DNA of 64,000 nucleotides from Octopus vulgaris. Taxonomy: Eukaryota. Below, in pieces: positions 12,775 to 26,458 of the stretch. The DNA lies in the NCBI GenBank assembly GCA_951406725.2, contig OX597820.1, positions 50,096,001 to 50,160,000 on the forward strand, given 5' to 3'. Under the pieces are notes generated by a model. The model did not search any database. It worked only from the letters and a program-made list of their open reading frames with translations, and was not told the origin of the DNA. The position numbers and the translations under genes were made by a program. Every line of letters begins with the position of its first letter. Position 1 is the stretch's first letter.

Positions 12775-13370
12775 GCTTCTAAATCTTGGGCGCATGGCCA
12801 GCAAATACGAGAGAGGGGTAGGTTGATTATATCGATCCAAGTACACAATCAGTACGTATTTTATCGACCCTGAGGGATGAACGGCAAAGTCAACCCAAGC
12901 AGAATTTTAAGTCAGAACTGGAAGACGGATGAAATGAGGCTAAACATTTTACTAGGAATGCTAACCATTCTACCAGCTCGCTGCTTTCAAATATTACTAA
13001 CATTGGTTTCAAATTTTGCTACTAGATCTGTTATTTTTGGCAAGGTAAATCGAGTACATCGATCCCAGAGCTCAACTGGTACTTATTTTATCGACTCCGA
13101 AAAGATGAAAGGCAAAGTCAACTTCGGCGGAAGTGAGAACGTACGGACAAACAAAATGCCGATAAGCATTTTGCACGGAGTGCTAACGATTGCCAATTTG
13201 CCGCCTTCTAACAATGCTAATACTGAGAGCTGTTATTTCGTCGTGGTCGACTTAGCTTTTCATCTATTGAGTCGATAAAATAAGTACCAGTTAAATACTG
13301 GGCTTGATGTGATAGACTCATCCCCTCTCACGAAATTGTTGGCCTTGCGAAAAGATGTGAAACCAATATT
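12775..13370. mobile_element. cluster of three decayed family A SINEs (two minus, one partial plus)
   Basis: Core TTTTATCGAC(C/T)C.GA..GATGAA.GGCAAAGTCAAC at about 12858 and about 13086; plus-strand GTCGACTTAGCTTTTCATC at about 13246. Confidence 0.75.
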
Positions 13371-13774
13371 CAGAGATGTTGTAGTTGTACTTGTGGTTGT
13401 TGCGATTGTTGTTGTTATTTAATTCCAGATCATCGTCCACTGGGAGAGGTTCAAGGTCTGAGGAAACTTCTTCTGAGACCATTCCGACTTTTTCTTTGTA
13501 GATACTGAATACCTAGTATTACATTATCTAACAAATTCTTTTCCGCATAATCAAAGGGTACAACGAGAGAGAAATTTAACCGTATATTTTTGCAAGATTG
13601 CGTGGATTGTAGTTCGAAAGAATGGCTCAACATTATAAGAATAGTGACTGAAGCAACGATTATATTTTCTGACTTTATATATTTATATATTGATCTGTCC
13701 GCCTAGTCAGCGTGAGAGCATCGTTCGAAAGCTGAAACAGTGCGAGGAAGCACACTCTGACTAGTGGTGTAGAA

Positions 13775-15320
13775 CGCAAGAGTGGCTGTGTGCTAAGAAG
13801 CTTGCTTCCCAACCACATGGTTCCGGGTTCAGTTTCACTGCGTGGCACCTTCGGCAAGTGTCTTCGACTATAGCCTCGAGTCGACCAAAGCCTGGTGAGT
13901 GGATTTGGTAGACGGAAACAAAAAGAAGCCTGTCCTATATTTTCTATTATTCTGTTACTTGTTTCAGTTATGTGACTGCATCCATGCTGGAGCACCGCTT
14001 TTAGTCAGGGACGTAAACACATCAGTTGTCAAGCGATGCTAGACACACACACACATACGACGGGCTTCTTTCAGTTTCCGTCTACCAAATCCACTCACAA
14101 CACTTTAGTCGGCCTGCGGCTATAGTAGAAGGCATTTGCTCAAGGTGCCACACAGTGGGACTGAACTCGGAGCTATGTGGCCATGTGGTAAGGAAGCTAC
14201 TTACAACACAGCCACTCCTGCGACTTTATATTTGCCCCCCACCATCGCTTGACAACCGATGCTGGTGTATTTATGTCCCCGTAACGTAGCGGTTCGGCAA
14301 AAGAGACCGATAGAATAAAGCGGCGAGCTGGCAAAAACGTTAGCACGTCGGACGAAATGCTTAGCGTTATTTCGTCTGCCGTTACGTTCTGAGTTCAAAT
14401 TCCGCCGAAGTCGACTTTGCCTTTCATCCTTACGGGGTTGATAAATTCAGTACCAGTTACGTACTGGGGTTGATGTAATCGACTTAATCCGTTTGTCTGT
14501 CCTTGTTTGTCCTCTTTATGTTTAGCCTCTTATGGGCAATAAAGAAATAAAAATAAGTACTAGGCTAACAAAGAATAAGTCCTGGGTTCGATTTGTTCGA
14601 CTAAAGGCGGTGCTGCAGCATAGCCGTAGTCAAATGACTGAAACAAATTAAGGGGTAAAAGAGTAAAATAGTACATATTGTTCTGTCCGCCTAATCACCG
14701 GGTTAGTATCATTCGTGTGCGAGGAGGCACACTGCGAGCAGCGGTATACAACGACATCTGATAATCTGGTTGATACAGTGATATAATTGTATATCTTTTA
14801 ACGCTTTCAGTCATTAGACTGTGGCCATATTGGGGCACCACCTTGAAGAACTTTTAGTTGGAGGAATCGGCCCAAATACTCATTCATTTTTAATGTCTGG
14901 CACTTAATCTATCTCTTCTACTCTTTTACTTGCTTCAGTCATTTTGACTGTGGCCATGCTGGAGCACCGCCTTTAGTCGAGCAAATCGACCTCAGGACTT
15001 ATTCTTTGTAAGCCTAGTACTTATTCTATAGATCTCTTTTTGCCGAACCGCTAAGTTACGGGGACGTAAATACACCAGCATCGGTTGTCAACGGATGTTG
15101 GGGGAACAAACACAGACACACAAACATATACACACACATACATACATATATAAATATATACGACGAGCTTCTTTCAGTTTCCGTCTATCCACTCACAAGG
15201 CATTGGTTGGCCCGAGGCTATTGTAGAAGACACTTGCCCAAGGTGCCACACTGTGGGACTGAACCTGGAACCATGTGGTTCGTAAGCAAGCTACTTACCA
15301 CACAACCACTCCTACGCCTA
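13775..15320. mobile_element. cluster of family B SINEs in both orientations with a nested family A SINE (14319-14550)
   Basis: Family B plus head 13775-13935, minus copy 13950-14222, plus tail 14230-14665 split at GATAGAATAA by a full family A copy, and minus copy 14920-15320. Confidence 0.85.
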
Positions 15321-15491
15321 TCGTGACTTTTTTTTACCGAACTGATAGGTTACGGGTACGGAAACAAACCAGCACTTGTGATCAAGTGGTGGTGGGGAAT
15401 AAATACAGACACATAGACTCACTCACTTACACACACACGCACAAACACACACACACACGCACGCGCGCGCACACACACACGCGCGCGCACA

Positions 15492-15532
<41 letters not shown>

Positions 15533-16559
15533 TGGTATGTTTATGTCTCTGAAAATTAGCGGTTTGTTGTAAGAGATCGATAGAAGGTAAATCCATGTGT
15601 GTGTATGTGTTGTACATTTTTACGTGTGTACATGTTTGCACGTACTCACTTCTGTGTGTACATGTGTGTGTGTGTATTGGATGTGTCTGTATTTCATGTG
15701 TATGTAATCACTTCTGTATGCTTGATTGTGTGTGTGTGTGTGTGTATGTGTGTGTCTGTGTGCATACACGTGTGTGTACGTGTGAAGTTTGTAAATAGAC
15801 AGTATTTTTGAAAAACATTATGATTTGCAAATTTAAGTAAATTGAAGAAAAGCAATGAAAATAATGAAAAACACTATCCTAAATACAAAAAAAAAATATA
15901 TATATATAAATTAAAAAGAAAGAATTCGTCTGGAAATTACTGAAATACTGATAAAAACATAGAAAATGATTTTCAGATTTGTATTGAATTCAAAATACTT
16001 TTAACTTTCCATTAAATTTTTATTGAGTTCAAATTGTAATGTCAAATGAATTGAATACAATTTACTGATTTTGAAAGTGTCTAATTCTTGTCAATTTGAA
16101 ATTTCAGCTGAAAATGAAAGCTAATGAGGGAGAGGCACGTTAAATCATATTAGGACTTCACGCTAACAAGGAACTGGTGAAAAAATGATGAATTGACTTG
16201 CCTAAGGGAAGTAAGTCATTTTAAAGAGTTATGTCCCTGGATACCAAATTGAACTAAAAACGAATCGCGCACATGTATGAATGAAAATTATATCTTTGAA
16301 CTAACCGTTGAACATAAGCAATATTTAATTTAGCTACAATGAAATAATCGTAGTTAATGAATCAATCGGGATATTAATATTTAAATTTATAAGTCTATAT
16401 TACGTTTTATATTGAAAGTTAGCAAATAAATCCAGAATTATTTGATCTTAGTGTAAATTATCGGTACAGATGAACTGAATTTATAAAAGACCATGCGTCT
16501 GTGTATGTAAGTAAGTATATATTTGTAAACATATCTGTGGGTACGTGCTTGCGTATGCT

Positions 16560-16577
16560 TGTGTGTATGTGTGTATG

Positions 16578-16622
<45 letters not shown>

Positions 16623-16803
16623 TTACAAACATATATATATATATATGTATATTTACAAACATACATATATATATATACATATATACAAACATACATATAT
16701 ATATATTTACATATATATGTATATACACACATATATATATATGTATATATATACATATGTATATATATACATATATATATATATATATACATATATATAC
16801 ATA

Positions 16804-16879
<76 letters not shown>
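16560..16879. repeat. (TA)n-rich microsatellite block
   Basis: Directly visible. Confidence 0.95.
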
Positions 16880-16880
<1 letters not shown>

Positions 16881-17321
16881 TTTGATACTTTGATACTTTG
16901 ATAGGTTTCGGCCATTATTGGCCCAGGCCATGTCTAACTTAATACCACCACCTGGTGAAGTCTTTCAAGTCAGAATTTGGGCACTATGGCCCACTCAAGT
17001 AGAGAGTTATTGTTTACAGAGACATATCTGGGTGTAGGGGGTTTATCCGGGATTTCTTGAAGGAATCTGTCCAAAGACTTCTTGAACCCTATAGGGTCAG
17101 TTTCTGTTTTAATGTGTTTTGGTGTAATGTTAAAGAGAGCGGGGCCAATTGAGGTGAAATAATTGTGCCGTATTGTTGTTATGAGATGAGAGTGCGATTT
17201 TTGTTTTGGGCGGATGGCACGGGGCCCAAGCCTTGGATGTACCTTGAAGGTGATGCCAACATCATTTGGGCAATGCTGATGGAATATTTTCCACATCATG
17301 CAGATGATGTAGCGCTCACGC
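16879..17321 (-). mobile_element. 5'-truncated CR1-group LINE (ORF2 C-terminus, 3'UTR, (AAAGTATC)n tail)
   Basis: Open frame RERYIICMMWKIF...IGPALFNITP...FKKSLDRFLQEIPDKP...NNSLLEW* (stop at 16970); tail of three AAAGTATC-type units; (TA)n on both flanks. Confidence 0.8.
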
Positions 17322-17334
17322 ATATATATATATG

Positions 17335-17365
<31 letters not shown>

Positions 17366-17447
17366 TTTTTTCTCTAGTTTCAGCTCAGAGCTGCGGCCAT
17401 GCTGATGCACCACCGTTATATATATATATATATATATATAAATGTAC

Positions 17448-17480
<33 letters not shown>

Positions 17481-17534
17481 CATACATATATGTATACATG
17501 CATGCATACATACATACAAACATACATACATACA

Positions 17535-17568
<34 letters not shown>

Positions 17569-18055
17569 CATACATATATGTATACATGCATGCATGCATA
17601 CACACATACATACATACATACATACATACATACATACATACATACATACACAAAACGCACAACCACACAGAGGCATGTCCATATTTATTGATTTTTATGA
17701 AAGTGTAAGTTTGACTCTTTGTGCTAGAAATAACAGCCAAATCTTCATCTATTTCCCCTACCTCCAACTGGCATGAAACGATAATTTGGTCCTGGATTCT
17801 CTGCACAGAAAAAGAAGATGCTATGGTCGCGGATGGAATGCATTTGATAATAGGTTGCATCAGCTGAACTGACCTGAGGCTAAACTGAACAATACCAAAA
17901 ACCAATTGAGCTCCGTTAAGTAATATCTTGGCATTTTTAAAAAAGAAAGGTAGACATTAGATCAAGTAGTCCAAGGTACCCATGCACAAAAAGATAGTAG
18001 AACCGAGTCTAGAATGCCTTCTTGTATAGGAGTGTTCCATTAAGTATGATATATG

Positions 18056-18395
18056 CAAGAAGAAGAAGAAGAAGAAGAAGAAGAAGAAGAAGAAGAAGAA
18101 GAAGAAGAAGAAGAAGAAGAAGAAGAAGAAGAAGGAGAAGGAGGAGGAGGAGGAGGAGGAGGAGGAGAAGAAGACGAAGAAGACGAATGAGAGGAAGGAG
18201 GAGGAGGAGGAAAAGAAGAAGAAGAAGAAGTTTACCTGCACAACCACCACCACCACAGTCACCTGCTCCTGCTGCTTTTCCTCCCTCTCCTCCCCTCCTC
18301 CTCCTCCTCCTCCGCCGCCGCCAGCAGCAGCAGCACCACCACCACCACCATCACCACCACTACCAACAACAACAGCAACAACAACAACGACGACA
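18056..18395. repeat. compound trinucleotide microsatellite (GAA/GAG/CCT/CAC/CAA)
   Basis: Directly visible. Confidence 0.95.
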
Positions 18396-19249
18396 GCTCA
18401 AACCTTATGGCTGTGGTAGCTAAGAGAGATAAGAATAGAATGACCGTTGCCATGTCGGATTTTAGCGCTTCCTCAATATTGATGTCGGCCAACAAGCAGC
18501 ATCATTTGTGACTGTTTAGAGAAGGTGGGTGGACTGAGATAGTAGACTTCAATGCCGGCCTGTAAAACCTGCTAAGACTTTCACCTGATGATGTGAAATG
18601 ATGTTAACAGCCGATACGGCAGGCTTGAATGATATATTTTATTTTTTCTTCTATGAGATTTTTGCTTACATGCCATGTTAGATCGCAAATGTCCTTCAAG
18701 ATGTTTATCACAGGTGCCAGAAAGTCACGTACATTATACTAGTATGTGAAAAGATATATTTTAGGGCTGCTTGAGGAAGGACTTAAAGGAGAATAATGTG
18801 ACTGAGAGTTTCTCGTTCATAATTCTGCTAAATGCAGAGTTTCAGATTTAAGCTAAGGTATTGGAAATTGGTTGATGCTTGCCATCGGCAAGAGACCTGA
18901 CCGATCGTTTGTAGATATGACCAAGGAAGTCGAAATCTAATACAATGCACCACAGAGAGGATAGGTAATATGTCTGATTTCAGGAAGGGTGGTCACCACT
19001 TTGAGATTTTGATCCGCTTTAAACTTTTACTAGGTTTCAGTATCGTAAAACGAGTGGCTGTCTTAAAAGCGCAATGTATTTCGGTTCCATATTTCAGATC
19101 CTGCATCGAATCATTGTTCTGCACCACATTCTCGGTATTCAGGCAAAAACAAAAAGTGCACTTATCAGTTGGTAATTTTGATAATTCTGAAGCCTTCACC
19201 AAACAGGAATTTGCATCAAGTAAAGCAGGTTTCGGATCCATATTTTAGA

Positions 19250-20560
19250 GCATGAATCACTTCTTAGTGCGGCATCTAATTGTCGGTGTTCAGTCTAAAT
19301 GGTGATATATCGGAACTGTTTCGAAACATTCAGTTTCCAAAATACCCGTCTCATCTTGCCAATGACTTAAACAAGTAAAAGAGTAAAATAATAAAGAATA
19401 TATTGGAGGTTAGTACACTAAGGAAGAGGACATGACTGTCAACGTGTAACATGCTGTCTCAAACCACAGAAATAAAAGTTGTTGGCAGGCATTAAGGACG
19501 AAAGGTCGGATTACTTACACAAAATCTTAAGAAGCCATTGTGTGCCAACTGTCACTGGACGATAGGTCTGTTTAAGGTATTGGGGGACTCTTACTCTCTC
19601 GCCTTCCAGGTGAATACAAATTTTGACAAGGTTACAAATAGTATGAATTTATCTGCGAAAGGTTACAAAGATGTAAAGAATGCATACACCGTGTCCATAA
19701 TATATCATAATATATTCATTCCGCTTTATCTTAGTCCAGAAGTGACCCGTTTAGTAACATTTCTGTTTCGGTTCACAGCGGAGAACTCGGTAAGCTGTAC
19801 GATGCTTATGAACGTACTGAGGCGCTGTCAGCAGAAATCTTTAGGTGCTTAGAAAGTGTGGCCGTGATTTTTTTTTTCCTTTATCATAATGTCCGTCATA
19901 TGTCACCTGTGTCGAGTGTGGTCCGAACATTAGCGACTGGTATCAGGTGCAGAAGGCCATATTCCAGGCTGGCATTGCGGTGGAATGTCAGCTTACACAT
20001 TTTAAAATAGGTTTAGTCTGGGTTGTGGTATAATGTAATGGAGGGACAATCTGGACGTCAGGGAAGACAATTTTACTTCTCTTCTCCGAATTATACCGGC
20101 GACTATTATCAAATTCCATAAGGCGGCGAGCTGGCAGAAACGTTAGCAAGCCGGGCGAAATGCGTTGCCGTATTTCGTCTGTCGTTACGTTCCAAGTTCA
20201 AATTCCGCCGAGGTCGACTTTGCCTTTCATCCTTTCGGGGTCGATAAATTAAGTACCAGTTACGCACTGGGGTCAATGTAATCGACTTAATCCCTTTGTC
20301 TGTCCTTGTTTGTCCCCTCTGCGTTTAGCCCTTTGTGTGTAGTAAAGAAATATATTATCAAATTCCAAGCATCACTGGGCTGTCTGAAACATGCATAGCT
20401 TAGTGAATCTATTCTTTATTACTCTTCAACATTTCAAACACTGCTGACATGCAGAGCAATATCGAATAGATTTCACTTTTAGATCAGCTGGGTTCATCGG
20501 GATGGTCAACTCGTCGCATTTCGTGTTCAAAGAAGTGTCAGTTTTCCTTTACCAAAAGAG
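19250..20560 (-). mobile_element. highly decayed Penelope-like RT remnant (tentative)
   Basis: Minus-strand EKRSKIVFPDVQI (about 20050-20088) resembles the E.NGKIPFLDV.I motif; a DSPVM/GSP-like motif near 20375; boundaries uncertain. Confidence 0.3.
20121..20352 (+). mobile_element. young full-length SINE family A
   Basis: Complete head, core and tail; perfect 15-bp TSD TATTATCAAATTCCA at 20104-20118 and 20353-20367. Confidence 0.93.
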
Positions 20561-20862
20561 GTATTATCATAAATACGATTCAAACGACGAAGGGCATGAA
20601 AATTTCTTTGCTGATAAAAAAAAGAAAGAAAAATAAAAAGCAAAGTCATTAGTAATCATGACATCGTGAAGAGAAAGGTGAGGGTGGAGAATAAGCAGGT
20701 GCCTGTACGCTGCAGAATATGGAGGAGAAAGGAGCATTTGCTATGGTGCATTTCATTCTTTCGGGGTCATAAGTGCCAGTTGATCAGTGGGGGTCGATGT
20801 AATTGACTTACTACCCGACCCCCTAAAATTGCTGGCCTTCTCTCTAAAACTGAAACAATAAC

Positions 20863-20898
<36 letters not shown>

Positions 20899-21609
20899 CA
20901 CTACCACCACCACCACCACCACCACCATTACTACTACTACTACTCTTACTAAAAGCAACAACAACCACAACAACAACCGCGGACATGTTTCGGTTTACCA
21001 CTGCAGTAAACCACAGACATCTTTTATCCTACTCGCCAAAGAATTTATCCGGAAATAACAACGCTTCTTAACTGTATTATTATACGAGAAGTTCATGAAA
21101 ATTACTATATTTACTCAAACAGATCACGAAAACTAATTACTCAGAGAGCTACCCTATGGAGATTTAATAAGACTGAAATGTATCAGGAAATACATTCCCT
21201 ATATGTCAAGATGATAAAAGAATTAGACATTGAGCAACTATTCTCTTCAGTAATGCGTAAGTATTAATAATTAGACGTTCTATGGTCTGCATTAAACATG
21301 TTTATTTCTACCTAATTGGTAATACTAGACATGGCTCCTAGCTGATTCACAGACATATATGTTACATACTTGCATATAAGAAAAACAAGGATCTTTCTCA
21401 ACAAAACATACAAATAAAAAGAATGGAAGAAAAATTCATCCGTACGGTATACCTATGTCTGTTGTACGATATTTTTGATTAAGTCTGATTATGTGTTTAT
21501 CACTGTACATGTATGCATGGATACATTTATGTGTGTGTAGTTGTATGAATATGCATGCATATAGGTATAGTCTGTGTATGTATATGTATATGTATATATA
21601 TATATGTAT

Positions 21610-21676
<67 letters not shown>

Positions 21677-21879
21677 TACACACACACATAATTTTTGTTT
21701 CCAGTGTCTGCTCTTGCTTTTATGAAAAAATGAGTCGGAAATCGATATGTGAATATACTTACCTGGATATTAGTTGAATATAAGTAAATATATACGCACG
21801 CATGCGCCAGTATTTTCTTCTCTCTCGTTACATTCTTTTGATTCCGTCTTGAAACGGTAATTTGTTTAAGACCCTTTTC

Positions 21880-22560
21880 ACATTATGGGATTCCGCTTAT
21901 CAAATTCCAACCTATAGATGGCGAATTCCATGGACAGCGAGGCTCACCAATGGAGAAGTTCTTAAGCAGATCAGGCCGAAAATGTCGCTAGAAGCTAGGA
22001 TCACCAAGCATAGATTGGCATATTTCGGTCATATTATGCGGAGAAAATCCCTGGAGAAGGACATCATGCTCGGAATGGACCGTGGCAAGAGAGGAAGAGG
22101 CCGTCCAAGAACCCGCTGGCTTGACACCATCAAGAGTGATACCGGAATGGACATAGCCAATCTGAAAGAAGCGGCCCAGGATAGAACTAACTGGAGGACA
22201 CTAATCCATCGAGTTACCGAGAGTCGACTTCGACTGAGCGGATAGATAGATGGCGAACGAAAGTGTGGAGTGGAGTGAAATCATTCGAAGAGGCCAGGGT
22301 AACGCATGGAAAACTTAAAAGTGATCTAAAGAAGAATGTTACGATCGAGAAAGCGAATGACAATGACCTTTCTCTGTGCACAGTTTGTGACAGACCATGC
22401 GTGTCTTTTGCTGGGCTCAAATCTCATTTGTGAACCCATGGAAAACGAACCGCCACTAACTATTCTGACTATATGTCTATGCACACCTTGGAATGCAGTG
22501 TATGCCAGAAGGTTTTCAGATCTAACGGAAGCGTCAAAAGATATTTTAAGATCCACAAAT
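21880..22560 (+). mobile_element. older RTE-clade LINE C-terminal remnant with two C2H2 fingers, interrupted by a younger RTE
   Basis: Removing the insert and one TSD restores YRWRTKVWSGVKSFEEAR...CTVCDRPCVSFAGLKSHL*TH...CSVCQKVFRSNGSVKRYFKIH. Confidence 0.7.
21926..22245 (+). mobile_element. 5'-truncated RTE/BovB-like LINE
   Basis: Intact frame IPWTARLTNGEVL...RLAYFGHIMRR.SLEKDIMLG...RGRGRPRTRWLD...DRTNWR; GATA tail; 12-bp TSD ATAGATGGCGAA at 21914-21925 and 22246-22257. Confidence 0.9.
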
Positions 22561-23265
22561 CTTGTTTGGCGAACCGCTAAGCCATTTTATCGATCGTTTG
22601 CCGAACCGCTAAGTCATATTATCGATCTCGTTTGGCGAACCGCTAAGTCATTTTATCGATCTCGTTTGGCGAACCACTACGTCATTTTATCGATCACGTT
22701 TGGCGAATCGCTAAGTCATTTTATCGATCTCATTTGGCCATCCGCTATGTCATTTTATCGATCTCGTTTGGCGAACAGCTAAATCATTTTATCGATCTCG
22801 TTTGGTGAAACGCTAAGTCATTTTATCGATCTTGTTTGCCGAACCGCTAAGTCCTTTTATCGATCTCGTTGCCGAACCGCTAAGTCCTTTTATCGGTTTT
22901 GTTTGGCGAACTACTAAGTCATGTTATCAATCTAGTTCGGGGAACCGCTAAGTAATTTTATCGACCTTGTTTTGTAAACCTCGCTCTAGTTTTGTGAACT
23001 CCTAAGCCCTTTTTTCGATATCCTTTTTCGAACCACCAAATCATTTTATCGATCTCGTTTGCCGAACCGCTAAGTCGATTATATTTGTCGAAACGCTAAG
23101 TCATTTTATGGATCAGTTTTGGCGAACTGCTAAGTCATTTTATCGATCTTTTTAAGCGAATCGCTAAGTCATTTTATCGAATTTGTTGTCGAACCGCTAG
23201 TTTATTTTATTGATCTCGTTTGTCGAACCGCTAAGTCTTTTATTCGATCTCATTTAGCGAACCGA
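22557..23265. repeat. 34-bp minisatellite (about 21 units) derived from SINE family B
   Basis: Unit ATCGATCTCGTTTGGCGAACCGCTAAGTCATTTT (period 34, e.g. 22621 and 22655); matches SINE segment ATCGGTCTCTTTTGCCGAACCGCTAAGT at about 28707-28734. Confidence 0.92.
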
Positions 23266-23404
23266 AAAGGCGATTTCATTGAATAAATTTACTCTTCAAT
23301 ATTTCAAGACAATATCTTTAAATTGATAAATATATCTGTTAAAATTTGCTGTTTGTGTTATTTTCATTTTTGCATAATTTAGACTACAGCTTATACATGG
23401 CACA

Positions 23405-23608
<204 letters not shown>

Positions 23609-24009
23609 TGTTAGGAAATAGAAATAACTTAATGCATCACGTGCTCGTTTTTCTTTGATTCGTGCGTCTATATCGTGAGTCGGACGTTTTGAACTGCTAA
23701 AGAAAAGCGCAGTAGCAGTTTGTGAGTGAAAGAGCGCAGCGTGAAAATGGCAACGTAGAGAACATAGTATAAACAAAAAGTAAAAAAGGACAGTGAGTGT
23801 AGTTGGCTACGAAGACAGTCGGTGTAAAATTGCAATGTGGCCAGTCGAAGTGAACCCAAGTGACGAACTCCATTACACAAGACAAATAGCCGGATATAAC
23901 TACTTCCTCCTTTCGAAGCAATTTTGCTTGCTGGGCTGGCCTACAGTTTCCCAACTAGTGAGATGACTGTTGGATCTGCGTTGGTATCAGGAGACCGCAT
24001 TTTGCAACA
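23609..24009. mobile_element. probable solo LTR
   Basis: TGTT...AACA termini with imperfect terminal inverted repeat (TGTTAGGAAAT / ATTTTGCAACA) and a 4-bp ATAT duplication at 23605-23608 and 24010-24013. Confidence 0.55.
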
Positions 24010-24023
24010 ATATATTATACATA

Positions 24024-24270
24024 TCTATTATATAAAATCCATTCTGTCTCTCTGTCTGTGTGTCTTCTAAGATCTCGGGCATCCTCCATCCGATTGCGCT
24101 CAAATTTGGTTTGTAGATACCGACGGTATCAGGGCGTGTAAAAATCTTGAAAAAATTACAAAAATCGATTCCAGGTGAGAATGCGATCGATAAAGCCGTG
24201 GGAACGTGCATTTGTAATCGCAAGTAAATCAGCACCGTCCATTGGACGGGGGGCGTTTTGCGTGCGTGCA
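24024..24270 (+). mobile_element. non-autonomous Helitron 5' portion
   Basis: A|TCTATTATATAAAATCC start followed by a (CTGT)-like tract and CATCCGATTGCGCTCAAATTTGG, like the Helitron start at 54928; no CTAG end seen. Confidence 0.55.
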
Positions 24271-25985
24271 TGTTTGTTTGCTAAGATTTGTGTTTTCCAA
24301 TGCATGATGTCGATTTCTTTTTAGAATATTTAAGATTATCTCACTGTGTTTGTATGTGTACGTATTAATACACTCGAGTATATTAATTTGGTTACTATTT
24401 GTATATATTTCTGCACACGTATGTGTGGCCAAATAAATACACGCATGCACATATTTGAAGGATGATATAAAATGAAGCTTGTGCACATATATATTTATGT
24501 TTTTTGAATATGTGTAACTGATTCATTATCAATAGAATGTGGCCTGTTTGACGTTGAGGTATGTGATTACGTCGGTATTTAGCTACATAATTAGCATGTA
24601 TGCGCGCATACGTTTGCGCGCGCGCGTGTACATTATATTGTGCTTTTATGTTTGTTCAGCTTGGGCACATAATTTGAAGCATGAAAGTGAAAGATCTAAA
24701 ACCATAATTTAGTATTGAGGTAATAAAATGCATATGAATAGAAATGTGAAGGAGAGAAGACTAGGTCCAATATCAAAATTCTATAATCACGCTAATAATA
24801 ACAACTGGATTACGTAGAATTCAGAGAAAACGTTCATTGAATAAGAGTAGTAACGATGAAGAAAGTATAGTGAATGAAGACTGCAAACAGTCGACGTACT
24901 GGTGTAAATAGGTGCAGACCAATAGCTCATAGTATTTACAAAATTACAATTAAATACAAATGTATGACAATTCAGCAACATAGTATAACGTTCACTATGT
25001 ATTGCAGTGTAGAACGTTTTAGTAAAACGTAATGTTTAGCTGTTTAGTGGTCCAGTGGTGGGCATGAGGAGTGTTGTGGTGCTCGAACATACTGGATATC
25101 ACTGAGGGCAATGTAAGTTCTCTACGAAGAAGTTTCATATGAAGGAATATGGATATGGATTGATGAAGCAAATTTTTTTTTATCAAAAAACGTTCACAGA
25201 TAAGTGTAGTTCTTCGCCAGAAAAAGTTTACAAATAATTTGTAGTTTCTTTAAACGTAGTGTCTTCTGAATAGCTATTAATGTAAAGATAGGTATCTATC
25301 TCCTTACAGACTTCGGTCGAATTAGAAATTTGAATTTGAAATGGATGAATAAGAGGAAGATATAAAGAGTTCGCATAAATAACTTATTTAAAACTATGGC
25401 AATTATTCAACAATTTTAGTATGTGGTAGTAATGTAAAGTCCTATTTCGCCCTTTACAGAAATATTCAGTATGACATAACTTGCAAATTTGGTAATTAGA
25501 TGTATCACAAAAATAAGCTAAGAAAAATTCTAAGCCACTAAGATACAATAATGTATGCATGTATATGTTTTTGCGATTCAAATCTACTGTAGAGGGTCTG
25601 CCACCGAATGACAAAACTTAACTTCTTGATAGAAAGCTCTTCATATAATTCAGGCGCAGAAGCTGTCTCAAAAAGTAAAAGGACTTGCTGGTTGAAATTG
25701 AATACACTGACACGTGATTTCGGCTGTTCAGTGCGACATTCGATTAACAATATCATTAAATAGGAATTTGATAATAGCATACTAAACAAAATGACTGTAT
25801 TCTTATCTACACAAGTGTGCATAGGATTGCTTGCATCGATATGAGCGAGAGAAGGACAGTTTAGAGAGAAAGACACAGGAAATGTTGCTTCAGAAAATAT
25901 TATGAAACACATCAAGACACTCAAATATTTACTTGTGTAAATATATATATATTTGTCTGCATGTATGTATATCTATATCTATATC

Positions 25986-26143
<158 letters not shown>

Positions 26144-26379
26144 TTAATACATATATGAACAGCATACACATATACACAAATAAGTATTTGTACAACGTTA
26201 GGCAAAGAACATAATGTGTGAGTAAAGAAATAATGACGACCACGGTCATTACATACAAGCCATGTAAGAGGCATATTCGGTATTGACTTTGTTAATAAGA
26301 CAATAAATAAGTGTGCATATATGAATGACTATATTTTTGTATGCATCCATGTATACTTGGACGTATACAGTTATATAAC

Positions 26380-26458
<79 letters not shown>

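Noticed and set aside
16970-17905. 311-aa ORF as one gene
   Set aside because: It is a chance fusion of unique sequence, stop-free microsatellite and a LINE C-terminus.
18022-18423. poly-R/P/H/Q ORF resembling a transcription factor low-complexity region
   Set aside because: It is a compound microsatellite with no domain or splice support.
18575-18630. CTGATGA...CAGCCGATAC hammerhead-like remnant (similar at about 11123-11155)
   Set aside because: The GAAA core and stems are broken; too decayed to support.
22557-23265. CRISPR-like array
   Set aside because: The units are head-to-tail with no unique spacers, they derive from a SINE, there are no cas genes, and the context is eukaryotic.
25538-25924. 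128-aa minus ORF with a faint hAT-like RW motif
   Set aside because: The similarity is too weak to call without a profile search.
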